A stretch of 64,000 nucleotides of DNA from Gemmatimonadota bacterium (GCA_039930765.1 JBDTTF010000285.1:2869-66868), one strand, 5' to 3'; positions 56,231 through 64,000 are shown, counted from the first letter of the stretch. Notes: generated by a model from the letters alone, not told the origin. Made by a program: numbers and translations.

Positions 56231-56267
56231 AAAGCGCCCCGGCAGCCTGCCGGGGCGCTTCTGCTTT
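56231..56267. terminator. Bidirectional intrinsic terminator
   Basis: AAGCGCCCCGGCA (56232-56244) / TGCCGGGGCGCTT (56248-56260), perfect stem between convergent genes. Confidence 0.8.
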
Positions 56268-56282
56268 CCTGGGGGGCCAGTT

Positions 56283-57260
56283 TCAGTGACTCGACGAGGC
56301 GGGCGGGAGAGCGGGAAGCGGCGGCGGAAGCATCGAGAAGCGCGGGTTACTCCTGAGGCCGGTGAGTACCTCGTTGTACTCGGCTAGCAGCCGGGAATAT
56401 TCTGCGCCCTCGGAAACCCGCTCGAACGTCACGGTGTCCGCGGTGCCCTGGTATCGCTCCCTGGCCGCCAGCAGCAGGACAGTCAGTGACTGGGCCAGGG
56501 CATACGAGGAATCGGGCTCGGCCAGCAGCGGGGCCAGTGGAGCGGCATCCACCTGGCCAACGCGACCCGAACTGTCGGCGTAGACCCGGTCGAGCACCAC
56601 TGCCCGCCGGCGGAAGACTGCGATCGTGTCCCTGGCCTCTCGCAGGTGAACCAATGCCTGTTCCAGGATCTGTGGGGTATCGACCGCGGCCGGCAGCAGC
56701 GGCCGGGCCGTTGCCAGCAGTCGGAGCCGGTCATTGAGCAGGTTGACCAGCCGGTCCTCGCGGTCGGCGTGGTGGCGGGCCAGACTGCCGGGGGCGGTCA
56801 CCCGGGTAAAGGTGAGGGTGGCCGCAGCCGCCTCAGCCGTTTCGCTGCCATGACTCGGGACCGCGAATGGGCGCTGGACCGCGAGAACCACCATGCCGAG
56901 CACCAGCAGCGAGGCCAGGACCAGGACCAGGAAATCGCTGCGGGCATCCTCCGGCCGTCCCAGCCCCTCGGCGCCTCGGGACGCCTGTCGCCTCGGTTCG
57001 GCGTAGAGCGGGGAGGGGGCAACCAGCGCGGTGTGACTGCTGGCCGAGCGTTCGCCGACGATGGGAACCGGTGAAGGCATCGGCATCGACGCCATAGCCA
57101 GGCGAAAGGCGGGATGGCTCGAGATCGGCAGCCACCGCTCGCTCTTGGCATGAAAAATTGTGGCGTCCGAGCGCACTGATCCACCACGGATCGCCGCCGA
57201 AAAATCTTCGGCCGAGTCGTAGTGCAGTTCCTGCCCGCTGGACAATCGGATTCGCAGCAT
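56283..57260 (-). CDS. Hypothetical bitopic membrane protein with GYF_2-like N-terminal domain
   Basis: AIRGGSVRSDATIFH...W.P...HP N-terminus, one TM (FLVLVLASLLVLGMVVLAV), helical C-terminus; minus-strand TATACT -10 at 57303-57298. Confidence 0.65.
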   Translation of the reverse strand: MLRIRLSSGQELHYDSAEDFSAAIRGGSVRSDATIFHAKSERWLPISSHPAFRLAMASMPMPSPVPIVGERSASSHTALVAPSPLYAEPRRQASRGAEGLGRPEDARSDFLVLVLASLLVLGMVVLAVQRPFAVPSHGSETAEAAAATLTFTRVTAPGSLARHHADREDRLVNLLNDRLRLLATARPLLPAAVDTPQILEQALVHLREARDTIAVFRRRAVVLDRVYADSSGRVGQVDAAPLAPLLAEPDSSYALAQSLTVLLLAARERYQGTADTVTFERVSEGAEYSRLLAEYNEVLTGLRSNPRFSMLPPPLPALPPASSSH

Positions 57261-57381
57261 CAGCTTTCGGGTCACCGGAAACGGGAAGAGTTCGGGGAGT
57301 ATAGGGCGCCCCGGGGCCCCGGGCTAGAGAGGGAACTGCCCGGACCATCCTGTTCCCAGATACCGTCAGGAGAATCCTTTC

Positions 57382-57741
57382 GTGCCTGTTATCGTGCGCA
57401 CCGCGCTGCTGCTGGTTGTATCGAACCTGTTCATGACCTTTGCCTGGTATGCCCACCTCAGGAACCTGGCGGGCCGACCGTGGATCGTGGCGGCCCTGAT
57501 CAGCTGGAGAATCGCCCTGTTCGAGTACCTGGTCCAGGTTCCGGCCAACCGGATCGGGTATACCGAACTCTCCCTGGGGCAGTTGAAGATGCTGCAGGAG
57601 GTCATCACCCTTGCGGTGTTCGTGCCATTCGCGGTGATCTACATGAAGCAGCCTGTCAAACTTGATTTCCTCTGGGCCGGGCTCTGCCTGCTGGGGGCGG
57701 TGTCCTTCATGTTCCGGGGAGGATTTGCGGGGCGCATCTGA
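57382..57741 (+). CDS. DMT superfamily small membrane protein (DMT_6-like)
   Basis: SNLFMTFAWYAHL, FEY..QVPANRIG, QLK..QEVITL.VF motifs. Confidence 0.88.
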   Translation: MPVIVRTALLLVVSNLFMTFAWYAHLRNLAGRPWIVAALISWRIALFEYLVQVPANRIGYTELSLGQLKMLQEVITLAVFVPFAVIYMKQPVKLDFLWAGLCLLGAVSFMFRGGFAGRI

Positions 57742-57906
57742 CCATCGGACTCAACCGGCAGACGCCTGCGCGGAAAGATCGATCCGGACCGAGCGATCGG
57801 GAACAACCATCGGCGCCACGGGAAAGTGACATGGACTGGCACCTACTGGCCCCTTGGGGGTAAATTGGTGAGGCGACACTAAGTCGCTTACCGCCAAGGA
57901 GATAGG

Positions 57907-59100
57907 ATGTCCGCCCCGCTGGATCCGGTCCGGCTTCGCGATGTTGCGCTCCACCCCGTGGCCGCCAAAGTGCTTGAGGCCCGCCGGCTCGATGCCGACG
58001 ATGCCCGCGCCCTCTACGCCACCTCCGACCTGCTCGGCCTGGGCCTGCTGGCCGCTTACGCCAACCAGCGCACCAACGGCGACCGGGTCTACTTCTCCGC
58101 CAATCAGCACATCAATCCGACCAACGTCTGCATTCTGCGCAACACCTGCACCTTCTGCTCTTTTGCCAAGATGCCGAAGGAAGAGGGGAACTACACCCGC
58201 TCCCTCGACGAGGTCTACCAGGAGGCCGAGCAGGCCCAGGACAGCCCCACCCGGGAATTCCACATCGTCGGTGGGCTGCATCCCAAGCTCCGGTTGAGCT
58301 ATTACACCGACATGATCCGCGGGCTCAAGCAGCGCTACCCGCATATCCACATCAAGGCGTTGACCGCGGTCGAGATCGCCCACCTGGCCCGGATCGAGAA
58401 GACTTCGGAGCGCGAGGTGCTGATCGCGATGAAGGAGGCCGGGCTCACCAGCCTCCCGGGCGGCGGCGCGGAGGTGTTCAGCACTGCAGTACGCGCCACC
58501 ATCGCGGAGCGGAAGCTCACCGGCGAGGAGTGGCTCCGGGTCCACCGCGTGGCCCATGAACTCGGCATTCCCACCAACTGCACGATGCTGTACGGGCACG
58601 TCGAGACGGCCAACGACCGGATCGAGCATCTCAGCATGCTGCGGGCGCTGCAGGATGAAACCGGCGGGTTCCTGACCTATATCCCGCTGGCCTATCACAC
58701 CGAGAACAACGAACTGGGTCAGGAGCTGGGACGGGTGGGGAGTGCCACCACGGGGTACGAGGATCTCAAGAATATCGCCATCGCGCGGCTGTTCCTCGAC
58801 AACATCCCGCATGTGAAGACCCACTGGCCAATGGTGACGCCATTCCTGTCACAGATTGCGCTGAGTTTTGGCTGTGATGACGTCGAGGGTACGGTGGTGT
58901 TCGAGCGGATCTACCACGAAGCCGGCTCCACGACCCAGATGCACATGCCGTATAGCGGGCTGGTCAAGCTGATTCGCGGGGCGGGGAAGCGGCCGGTCGA
59001 ACGCAACAGCCTGTATCAAACTGTCCGGGACAACTTCGACGACCTGGACGCGATGGCCTCGCTGGCTGGCGCATCAGCCCCGGTGGTCCACGCCGCGTGA
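57907..59100 (+). CDS. mqnE: Aminofutalosine synthase (radical SAM, CofH/MqnE family)
   Basis: HINPTNVC, EFHIVGGLHP, HIKALTAVEI, PGGGAEVF, TMLYGHVET, LQDETGGF, ERIYHEAG; adjacent to mqnA and mqnC. Confidence 0.9.
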   Translation: MSAPLDPVRLRDVALHPVAAKVLEARRLDADDARALYATSDLLGLGLLAAYANQRTNGDRVYFSANQHINPTNVCILRNTCTFCSFAKMPKEEGNYTRSLDEVYQEAEQAQDSPTREFHIVGGLHPKLRLSYYTDMIRGLKQRYPHIHIKALTAVEIAHLARIEKTSEREVLIAMKEAGLTSLPGGGAEVFSTAVRATIAERKLTGEEWLRVHRVAHELGIPTNCTMLYGHVETANDRIEHLSMLRALQDETGGFLTYIPLAYHTENNELGQELGRVGSATTGYEDLKNIAIARLFLDNIPHVKTHWPMVTPFLSQIALSFGCDDVEGTVVFERIYHEAGSTTQMHMPYSGLVKLIRGAGKRPVERNSLYQTVRDNFDDLDAMASLAGASAPVVHAA

Positions 59101-59936
59101 GCACGCTCCCGATGATGCGGCTGGGCCGAATCCCGTGGATCAACTGCTACCCGGTCTACGGTGCCATTGACCGCACCCTGGTGCAGCTCCCGGCTCGGCT
59201 CGTGAGCGGCACTGCCAGCGAACTCAATGACCTGCTGGCGGCGGGGGAGCTCGATCTCAGTGTCGTCTCCGCCGTCGAGTACGCCCGGAATGCATCGGCC
59301 TACCATCTGTTGCCCGATCTGGCCATCACCTGTGACGGGCCGGTGCACAGCGTGAAGCTGTTCAGTCGGCGGCCGGTGGAGTCTCTGGACGGCGCCACCG
59401 TGCTGGTCACCGCCTCATCGCGTACCTCGGTGCTGCTGCTCGAGCTGCTCTGCCGGCATAAGTGGAAGGTGGCGCCAAAGTTTGCGACTGTGCGCGCCGA
59501 GGCGGCCGATCTGGAGTCGCTGGCGGGCTTCCCGCATGACGCGGTGCTGGTCATCGGAGATGCGGCGCTGGTTCTGGCCGCCCGTGACCGGTATCCCGTC
59601 ACCGCCGACCTGGGCGCCGAGTGGAAAGACTGGACCGGGTTGCCATTCGTCTTTGCGGTATGGGCGGCACGGAGATCCGCCGACCAGGAGTTGGCGCGGA
59701 TGGTGCACGCCAGGCTGCTGGAATCGAGGGCATGGGGGCTCGAGCACCTCGACCTGCTGGCCGATCAGGCCTGGTCCACCACCGGCATTGACCGCCAGAT
59801 CTGCCGCAATTATCTGGGTGATCTCGACTACCGGCTGACCTACCGTCACCTGGCGGGGCTGACCGATTTCTTCCGGCGGCTGGCGGCGGACGGGTTGGTA
59901 CCGGACGGGTCGCTCTCGTTCATCACCGCTGCCTGA
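59097..59936 (+). CDS. mqnA: Chorismate dehydratase (futalosine pathway)
   Basis: I.WINCYP, G.V.SV.LFS, SRTSV.L, IGDAAL, DLG.EW..WTGLPFVFAVW. Confidence 0.92.
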   Translation: MSTLPMMRLGRIPWINCYPVYGAIDRTLVQLPARLVSGTASELNDLLAAGELDLSVVSAVEYARNASAYHLLPDLAITCDGPVHSVKLFSRRPVESLDGATVLVTASSRTSVLLLELLCRHKWKVAPKFATVRAEAADLESLAGFPHDAVLVIGDAALVLAARDRYPVTADLGAEWKDWTGLPFVFAVWAARRSADQELARMVHARLLESRAWGLEHLDLLADQAWSTTGIDRQICRNYLGDLDYRLTYRHLAGLTDFFRRLAADGLVPDGSLSFITAA

Positions 59937-59943
59937 CAGAGTG

Positions 59944-60063
59944 GCTACGGACAAACACGGATCGATCCGATCCGCCGAGCGGCTGCGGTTGATACAGTCA
60001 CCTTGCTCAACAAGAGTTGTGGTATCCGTGTTCATCCGTGCTGATCAGGATTCATCCGTGGGT
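59944..60063. repeat. Decamer-arm inverted-repeat element (CACGGATGAA / TTCATCCGTG)
   Basis: Right arm GGTATCCGTG TTCATCCGTG CTGATCAGGA TTCATCCGTG (60021-60060); left CTACGGACAAACACGGATCGATCCGATCC. Confidence 0.8.
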
Positions 60064-60081
60064 AACAGAGTTGAGCGTTGA

Positions 60082-61173
60082 ATGAGCTACGTCGACCGTT
60101 CCTCAGCTGAATTCCGCGGCTTTCTCGACCTCTACGAGAACGCCTCCCTCCTCGAACTCGGCGAACTCGCCGACGCCGAGCGGTGGCGGCAGCACCCGGC
60201 CAATGTGGTGACGTACATCCTCGACCGGAACATCAACTACACCAATGTCTGCGTGGCCGATTGCCAGTTCTGCGCGTTCTACCGCCGGCCCAAGGACAAC
60301 GAAGGCTATGTCCTGAGCTTCGAGCAGATCGGCCACAAGATCGACGAATGCCGGGACATTGGTGGGGTCCAGATCCTGTTGCAGGGCGGGCACAATCCGT
60401 ACATCCCGTTCGACTGGTATCTGGACCTGATGCGTTACATCAAGCAGCATCACCCGATTCATATCCATGGCTTCTCGCCGTCGGAGATCGTGTTCTTCAG
60501 CGAGCGGTTCCGGATGCCGGTGGCCGAGGTCGTCCGGCGGCTGCATGACGCAGGGCTGGACAGCATTCCAGGTGGAGGCGGCGAGATCCTGGTCGATGAG
60601 ATCCGCCGCCGGGTGGCCAAAAAGAAGGCCCAGACCGAGGAGTGGCTCGGGGTCCAGGAGGAAGCCCACCGCCAGGGAATGAAGACCTCGGTGACCATGA
60701 TGTACGGGCTCGGCGAGAGCAACGCGGACCGGATCGAGCACCTGGTCCGGATTCGTGATCTGCAGGCCCGGACCGGCGGGTTCACCGCGTTCATCTGCTG
60801 GCCGCTGCAGCCCGAAGGCACGGACATGGCGGATCAGCCCAAGACCGACGCGGTCAGCTATCTCCGGACCCTGGCCATGGGGCGGATCGTCTGTCACAAC
60901 ATTCCCAACCTGCAATCCTCCTGGGTCACCATGGGGCACAAGGTCGGGCAGGTGGCGCTGCGGTTCGGCGCCAATGATTACGGCAGCCTGATGATGGAGG
61001 AGAATGTGGTCTCGTCGGCTGGGACGACCTACCGCACCACGATTGCCGAAATGGAACGGGTCATCACCGATGCCGGCTACACCCCGAAGCGGCGGCGGCA
61101 GGACTACAGTTTGATCGATGGGGGGGCAGGGGAGCAGGGGGGCAATTCGGCCGCTCTGCTTGCCCTAGCCTGA
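60082..61173 (+). CDS. mqnC: Cyclic dehypoxanthine futalosine synthase (radical SAM)
   Basis: DRNINYTNVCVADCQFCAFYR, QILLQGG, PGGGGEILVD, SSWVT, GS.MMEENVVS.AG. Confidence 0.95.
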   Translation: MSYVDRSSAEFRGFLDLYENASLLELGELADAERWRQHPANVVTYILDRNINYTNVCVADCQFCAFYRRPKDNEGYVLSFEQIGHKIDECRDIGGVQILLQGGHNPYIPFDWYLDLMRYIKQHHPIHIHGFSPSEIVFFSERFRMPVAEVVRRLHDAGLDSIPGGGGEILVDEIRRRVAKKKAQTEEWLGVQEEAHRQGMKTSVTMMYGLGESNADRIEHLVRIRDLQARTGGFTAFICWPLQPEGTDMADQPKTDAVSYLRTLAMGRIVCHNIPNLQSSWVTMGHKVGQVALRFGANDYGSLMMEENVVSSAGTTYRTTIAEMERVITDAGYTPKRRRQDYSLIDGGAGEQGGNSAALLALA

Positions 61174-61216
61174 TGACGCCAGCTCTGCCGGTTCGCCCGC
61201 CCGCCTGCCCGCCCGT
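61121..61216. repeat. Degenerate octamer-arm element overlapping the mqnC 3' end
   Basis: GGGGGGCA GGGGAGCA GGGGGGCA (61121-61144); C-rich counter-arm CGCCCGCC CGCCTGCC CGCCCGT (61194-61216). Confidence 0.5.
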
Positions 61217-61222
61217 GGTTTC

Positions 61223-61699
61223 ATGACGCGCAGCGGAATAGGCTACGACTCCCATCGTCTGGTCGCCGGACGGCCCCTGATACTCGGTGGCCAGCGCATT
61301 CCCTGTGAACTGGGCCTGGCCGGGCATTCCGATGCCGACGCCGTGGCCCACGCACTGACCGACGCCCTGCTGGGTGCCGCCGCCGCCGGCGATATCGGCC
61401 GGCTGTTTCCGGACACTGACCCACGCTGGAAAGATGCCGACTCGATCAAGCTGCTGGCCGCAGCCTGTGATCACATACGCCAGGCGGGATTCCGGCCGGT
61501 CCAGGCGGATGTTACCGTAATCCTGGAACGACCGAAGCTGGCGCCGTTCGTCTCCGCCATGATCAGGACGCTGGCCGGTGCAACCGGAATTCCGGAAACC
61601 GCGCTGAGTGTGAAGGCCAAGACCAACGAAGGCATGGGCTTCATCGGTCGAGGGGAGGGAATCGCCGCAATCGCTGTGGCTACCGTGGAGGCGCTCTGA
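61223..61699 (+). CDS. ispF: 2-C-methyl-D-erythritol 2,4-cyclodiphosphate synthase
   Basis: GIGYDSH, GHSDAD..AHA..DALLGA, GDIG..FPDTD, VKAKT.E.MG..GRGEG. Confidence 0.96.
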   Translation: MTRSGIGYDSHRLVAGRPLILGGQRIPCELGLAGHSDADAVAHALTDALLGAAAAGDIGRLFPDTDPRWKDADSIKLLAAACDHIRQAGFRPVQADVTVILERPKLAPFVSAMIRTLAGATGIPETALSVKAKTNEGMGFIGRGEGIAAIAVATVEAL

Positions 61700-62694
61700 C
61701 CGAGCGGCTGCTGCACTGGCTGCTGTCGGTGCCCGGCTGGCTGGCCTACCTGACGATCTTCATCGCCACCGTGCTCGAGAATGTCTTTCCGCCGACCCCA
61801 TCGGATGTCATCGTGGCGCTGGGCGGTTTCCTCTCCCATCACTCCGTCACCAATCCCTACCTCGTCTTTCTGTCCGCCTGGAGCGGTGGGGTGCTGGCGG
61901 CGGGCGGGGTGTACGCAGTCTCGCGCCGCCACGGCCGCCAGTTCTTCGCCGGGACGCTCGGCCGGAAACTGTTGCCCGCCAGAGCCGTCGCCGTCATGGA
62001 ACGTGAGTACCAGCGGCTGGGTCCGACCGGGCTCTTCCTCGCCCGGCTGATTCCCGGTGTTCGCACCTTCGTGGCCCCATTCGCCGGCCTGGCTGATCTC
62101 TCGCCCGCGCAGGTCATGGTACCGATCGCACTCGCCAGCGCCGCCTGGTACGCGGGCCTCACCTGGGCCGGCATGGCGCTGGGGGCCGAGTGGGATGCCA
62201 TCATCACCTTTATCGGCCGGCTCAATGTCGGCATGGCCATCTTTGGCGTCGTTGTCATCGCTGCCGTGGTGCTGTGGCGCCTGCTGGGCCGTCACAAGAA
62301 CCAGCAGCGTGCCTTGTTGACGGCGCTGGAGCTGGCGCTTTCGAATAGTGCTGACGCATCCGCCGCGATGGTTCGGAGCCGCACCGCCGAGCTCTGGTGC
62401 GAAATCGCCGGTGCCGATCCTGAGCTGGGGCCGGTCGAGCTGGCCGATATCGAGACGGTATTCAGGAAGTACTGTGTAAAGGAAGCAGTCCATCCACGTC
62501 CGAGGGTGGCATTGCCGCCGGCGGAATCAATTCAGGATGTGGCGGCCATTGTCGCCGATCGGTACCCGCTCGAGTCGCGGCAGGCAGCGCTGGCCCGGCT
62601 GGGATCGATGCTTTCGGGCCAGACGGAGCTGAACGCGCACCGGGCTCGACTCACGGAGCGGGCGACCGAAATCCTGGTTCGATCTGCCCAATGA
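61696..62694 (+). CDS. DedA/VTT family membrane protein with C-terminal TerB-like helical domain
   Basis: ENVFPPTPSD, F.ARLIPGVRTF DedA motifs plus about 110 extra C-terminal residues. Start is CTG 61696 (GGAGG SD) or GTG 61729. Confidence 0.85.
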   Translation: MTERLLHWLLSVPGWLAYLTIFIATVLENVFPPTPSDVIVALGGFLSHHSVTNPYLVFLSAWSGGVLAAGGVYAVSRRHGRQFFAGTLGRKLLPARAVAVMEREYQRLGPTGLFLARLIPGVRTFVAPFAGLADLSPAQVMVPIALASAAWYAGLTWAGMALGAEWDAIITFIGRLNVGMAIFGVVVIAAVVLWRLLGRHKNQQRALLTALELALSNSADASAAMVRSRTAELWCEIAGADPELGPVELADIETVFRKYCVKEAVHPRPRVALPPAESIQDVAAIVADRYPLESRQAALARLGSMLSGQTELNAHRARLTERATEILVRSAQ

Positions 62695-63596
62695 CCGACG
62701 ATCTGTCACGGGCCTTTCTGCTCGAACCCTTCCGAGACCACCTCTCGCTCGAGGCCGGTCACAGTGTCAACACGGTCGACAACTATCTCCGCGACCTGGC
62801 CCGGATGGCCCAGTACGCCAACGGACTTGGCGCTGCCGGACCGGGAGAGCTCACTTCGGCACAGCTCCGTGATTTCATCTTTACTCTCAAGGACCTCGGC
62901 CTTTCACCGGCCACCATTCGACGTCAGGTGAGCGCCGTACACACCTACTACCGGTTTCTACTCGGTGAAGGGCTGGTCAAGGCTGATCCCAGCGAGCGGC
63001 TGCAGACCCCACGGCGGGGCCGGCAGCTGCCCGGAACCCTGAGCGTTGCCGAGGTCGAGAAGCTGGTTACCGTACCGGATATCGATGACCGGCTGGCCTG
63101 GCGGGACCGGGCGCTGCTGGAACTGGGTTACGGAGCGGGACTGCGGGTGTCGGAACTGTGCGGGCTCACCATCGGCGACCTCTGGATGACCGATGCACTG
63201 GTGCGGGTCATGGGCAAAGGCTCCAAGGAGCGGCTGGTGCCGATCGGACGAAGTGTCATCTCGGCCTGCGCGGTCTACCTTCAGCAGACCCGACCGGTGC
63301 TGGACCGCGGCAAGTCGGGCAACCGCCTGCTGCTGAATGCTCGAGGGGGGCCCCTGTCGCGAGTCGGAGCCTGGGGTATCGTAAAGAAGGCGGCCAGGGC
63401 TGCGGCTATCACCAAACGGGTGACGCCACACACCTTGCGGCACAGTTTCGCGACCCATCTCCTGGAAGGCGGCGCCGATCTCCGCGCCGTGCAGGAAATG
63501 CTGGGTCACGCCGACCTGTCAACCACCCAGATCTACACTCACATCGATCGAGAATTTCTGCGCTCAGTGCACAAGCAGTTCCATCCGCGCGGATGA
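62691..63596 (+). CDS. xerD: Tyrosine recombinase XerD
   Basis: S.NT...Y.RDL, RDRALLEL.YGAGLRVSEL, GKGSKERLVP, PHTLRHSFATHLL.GGADLR.VQEMLGH.DLSTTQIYTH, H..FHPR. Confidence 0.93.
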   Translation: MTDDLSRAFLLEPFRDHLSLEAGHSVNTVDNYLRDLARMAQYANGLGAAGPGELTSAQLRDFIFTLKDLGLSPATIRRQVSAVHTYYRFLLGEGLVKADPSERLQTPRRGRQLPGTLSVAEVEKLVTVPDIDDRLAWRDRALLELGYGAGLRVSELCGLTIGDLWMTDALVRVMGKGSKERLVPIGRSVISACAVYLQQTRPVLDRGKSGNRLLLNARGGPLSRVGAWGIVKKAARAAAITKRVTPHTLRHSFATHLLEGGADLRAVQEMLGHADLSTTQIYTHIDREFLRSVHKQFHPRG

Positions 63597-64000
63597 AGTT
63601 CCACCAGGCGTTGCTGCCCGCTCTGGTGGGCGGGGCAGTCGGGTGCGCCAGTTATCACCCGGCTCCCCTCGAAACCGGTGTCGCGCCTGGCCGCTACAAC
63701 GCGCGCTCGATCAGCGACTCCGGGTTTACCGCATACCGTGCAGCCGCTGGGTTACCTGCCGCAGCCCCGGTCTGGAATCCCGGTGACCTCGCACTGGCGG
63801 CGCTGTATTTCCGGGCTCCGCTTGATGAACTCCGGGCCAGGGTCAATGCGGCCCGAGCCGCTGAGCAGAGCGCTGGGGCCCGCCCTCGGCCGGGAATCGC
63901 GGCATCGGGCGAGCGGAATCTCGAGCCAAGCGGGGAAGGCTCGCCCTGGGGAGTACAGCTGGCTGGCACCTTCGTGGTGGAGACCGGCGGCAAGCGCGGG
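63593..64000 (+). CDS. TolC/CzcC-family outer-membrane efflux lipoprotein, 3' end outside window
   Basis: ATGA overlap with xerD. MKFHQALLPALVGGAVGC lipobox, then ASYHPAPL...LALAALY...AGARPRP...SPW...ETGGKR; open to the window end and absent from the ORF track. Confidence 0.7.
   Translation, partial: MKFHQALLPALVGGAVGCASYHPAPLETGVAPGRYNARSISDSGFTAYRAAAGLPAAAPVWNPGDLALAALYFRAPLDELRARVNAARAAEQSAGARPRPGIAASGERNLEPSGEGSPWGVQLAGTFVVETGGKRG

Noticed and set aside
57836..57851. Sigma54 promoter upstream of mqnE (TGGCAC...TGGC)
   Set aside because: GG-to-GC spacing is 9 rather than the required 10 nt, and the -12 element is not TTGC.
5168..60063. Interpreting the repeat elements as a CRISPR array or classic IS/MITE
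   Set aside because: No regularly spaced identical direct repeats, no cas or transposase genes, no clear target-site duplications, and units differ between sites.
62691..63596. Tyrosine recombinase as a phage/integron integrase mobilising the hairpin elements
   Set aside because: It has the length and C-terminal H..FHPR signature of housekeeping XerD, lacks an obvious IntI-specific insertion and sits in a core operon.

Overview
GC-rich, very densely coded bacterial core-genome window. Gene order and protein style suggest Gemmatimonadota (Gemmatimonadales-like); this is an inference. Contents in order: an ABC substrate-binding gene (5' truncated), pyrR-pyrB-pyrC, a coiled-coil/IDR/Zn-ribbon protein, rpsT, an M50 protease-scpAB-rluB-moxR-DUF58-bat cluster, mutL-miaA-bshA-uppP-birA-coaX-UbiA-like, a run of unknown envelope genes (including a beta-barrel/NlpC-P60 fusion and a DUF1207-like barrel), an M1 peptidase, dcd, a complete nuoA-N operon, PMM/PGM, UPF0182, sucCD, ndk, yceD-rpmF-plsX-fabHDG-acpP-fabF, mqnE-mqnA-mqnC, ispF, a DedA-TerB-like fusion, xerD and the start of a TolC-family gene. 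I saw no rRNA, tRNA, CRISPR array, transposase or prophage. The most striking unexplained signal is a set of about 7 short (60-120 bp) inverted-repeat elements. Their arms are built from tandem 7-10 nt units that differ between sites, around unique spacers. They occupy almost exactly the few gaps in otherwise overlapping operons, and some invade coding ends. Protein-level oddities include a natural BirA with Ser at the E. coli R118 position, a CX5CX2C motif in MqnE and a Cys-to-Asp change in the MutL endonuclease motif. All annotations are by eye; no database searches were run.
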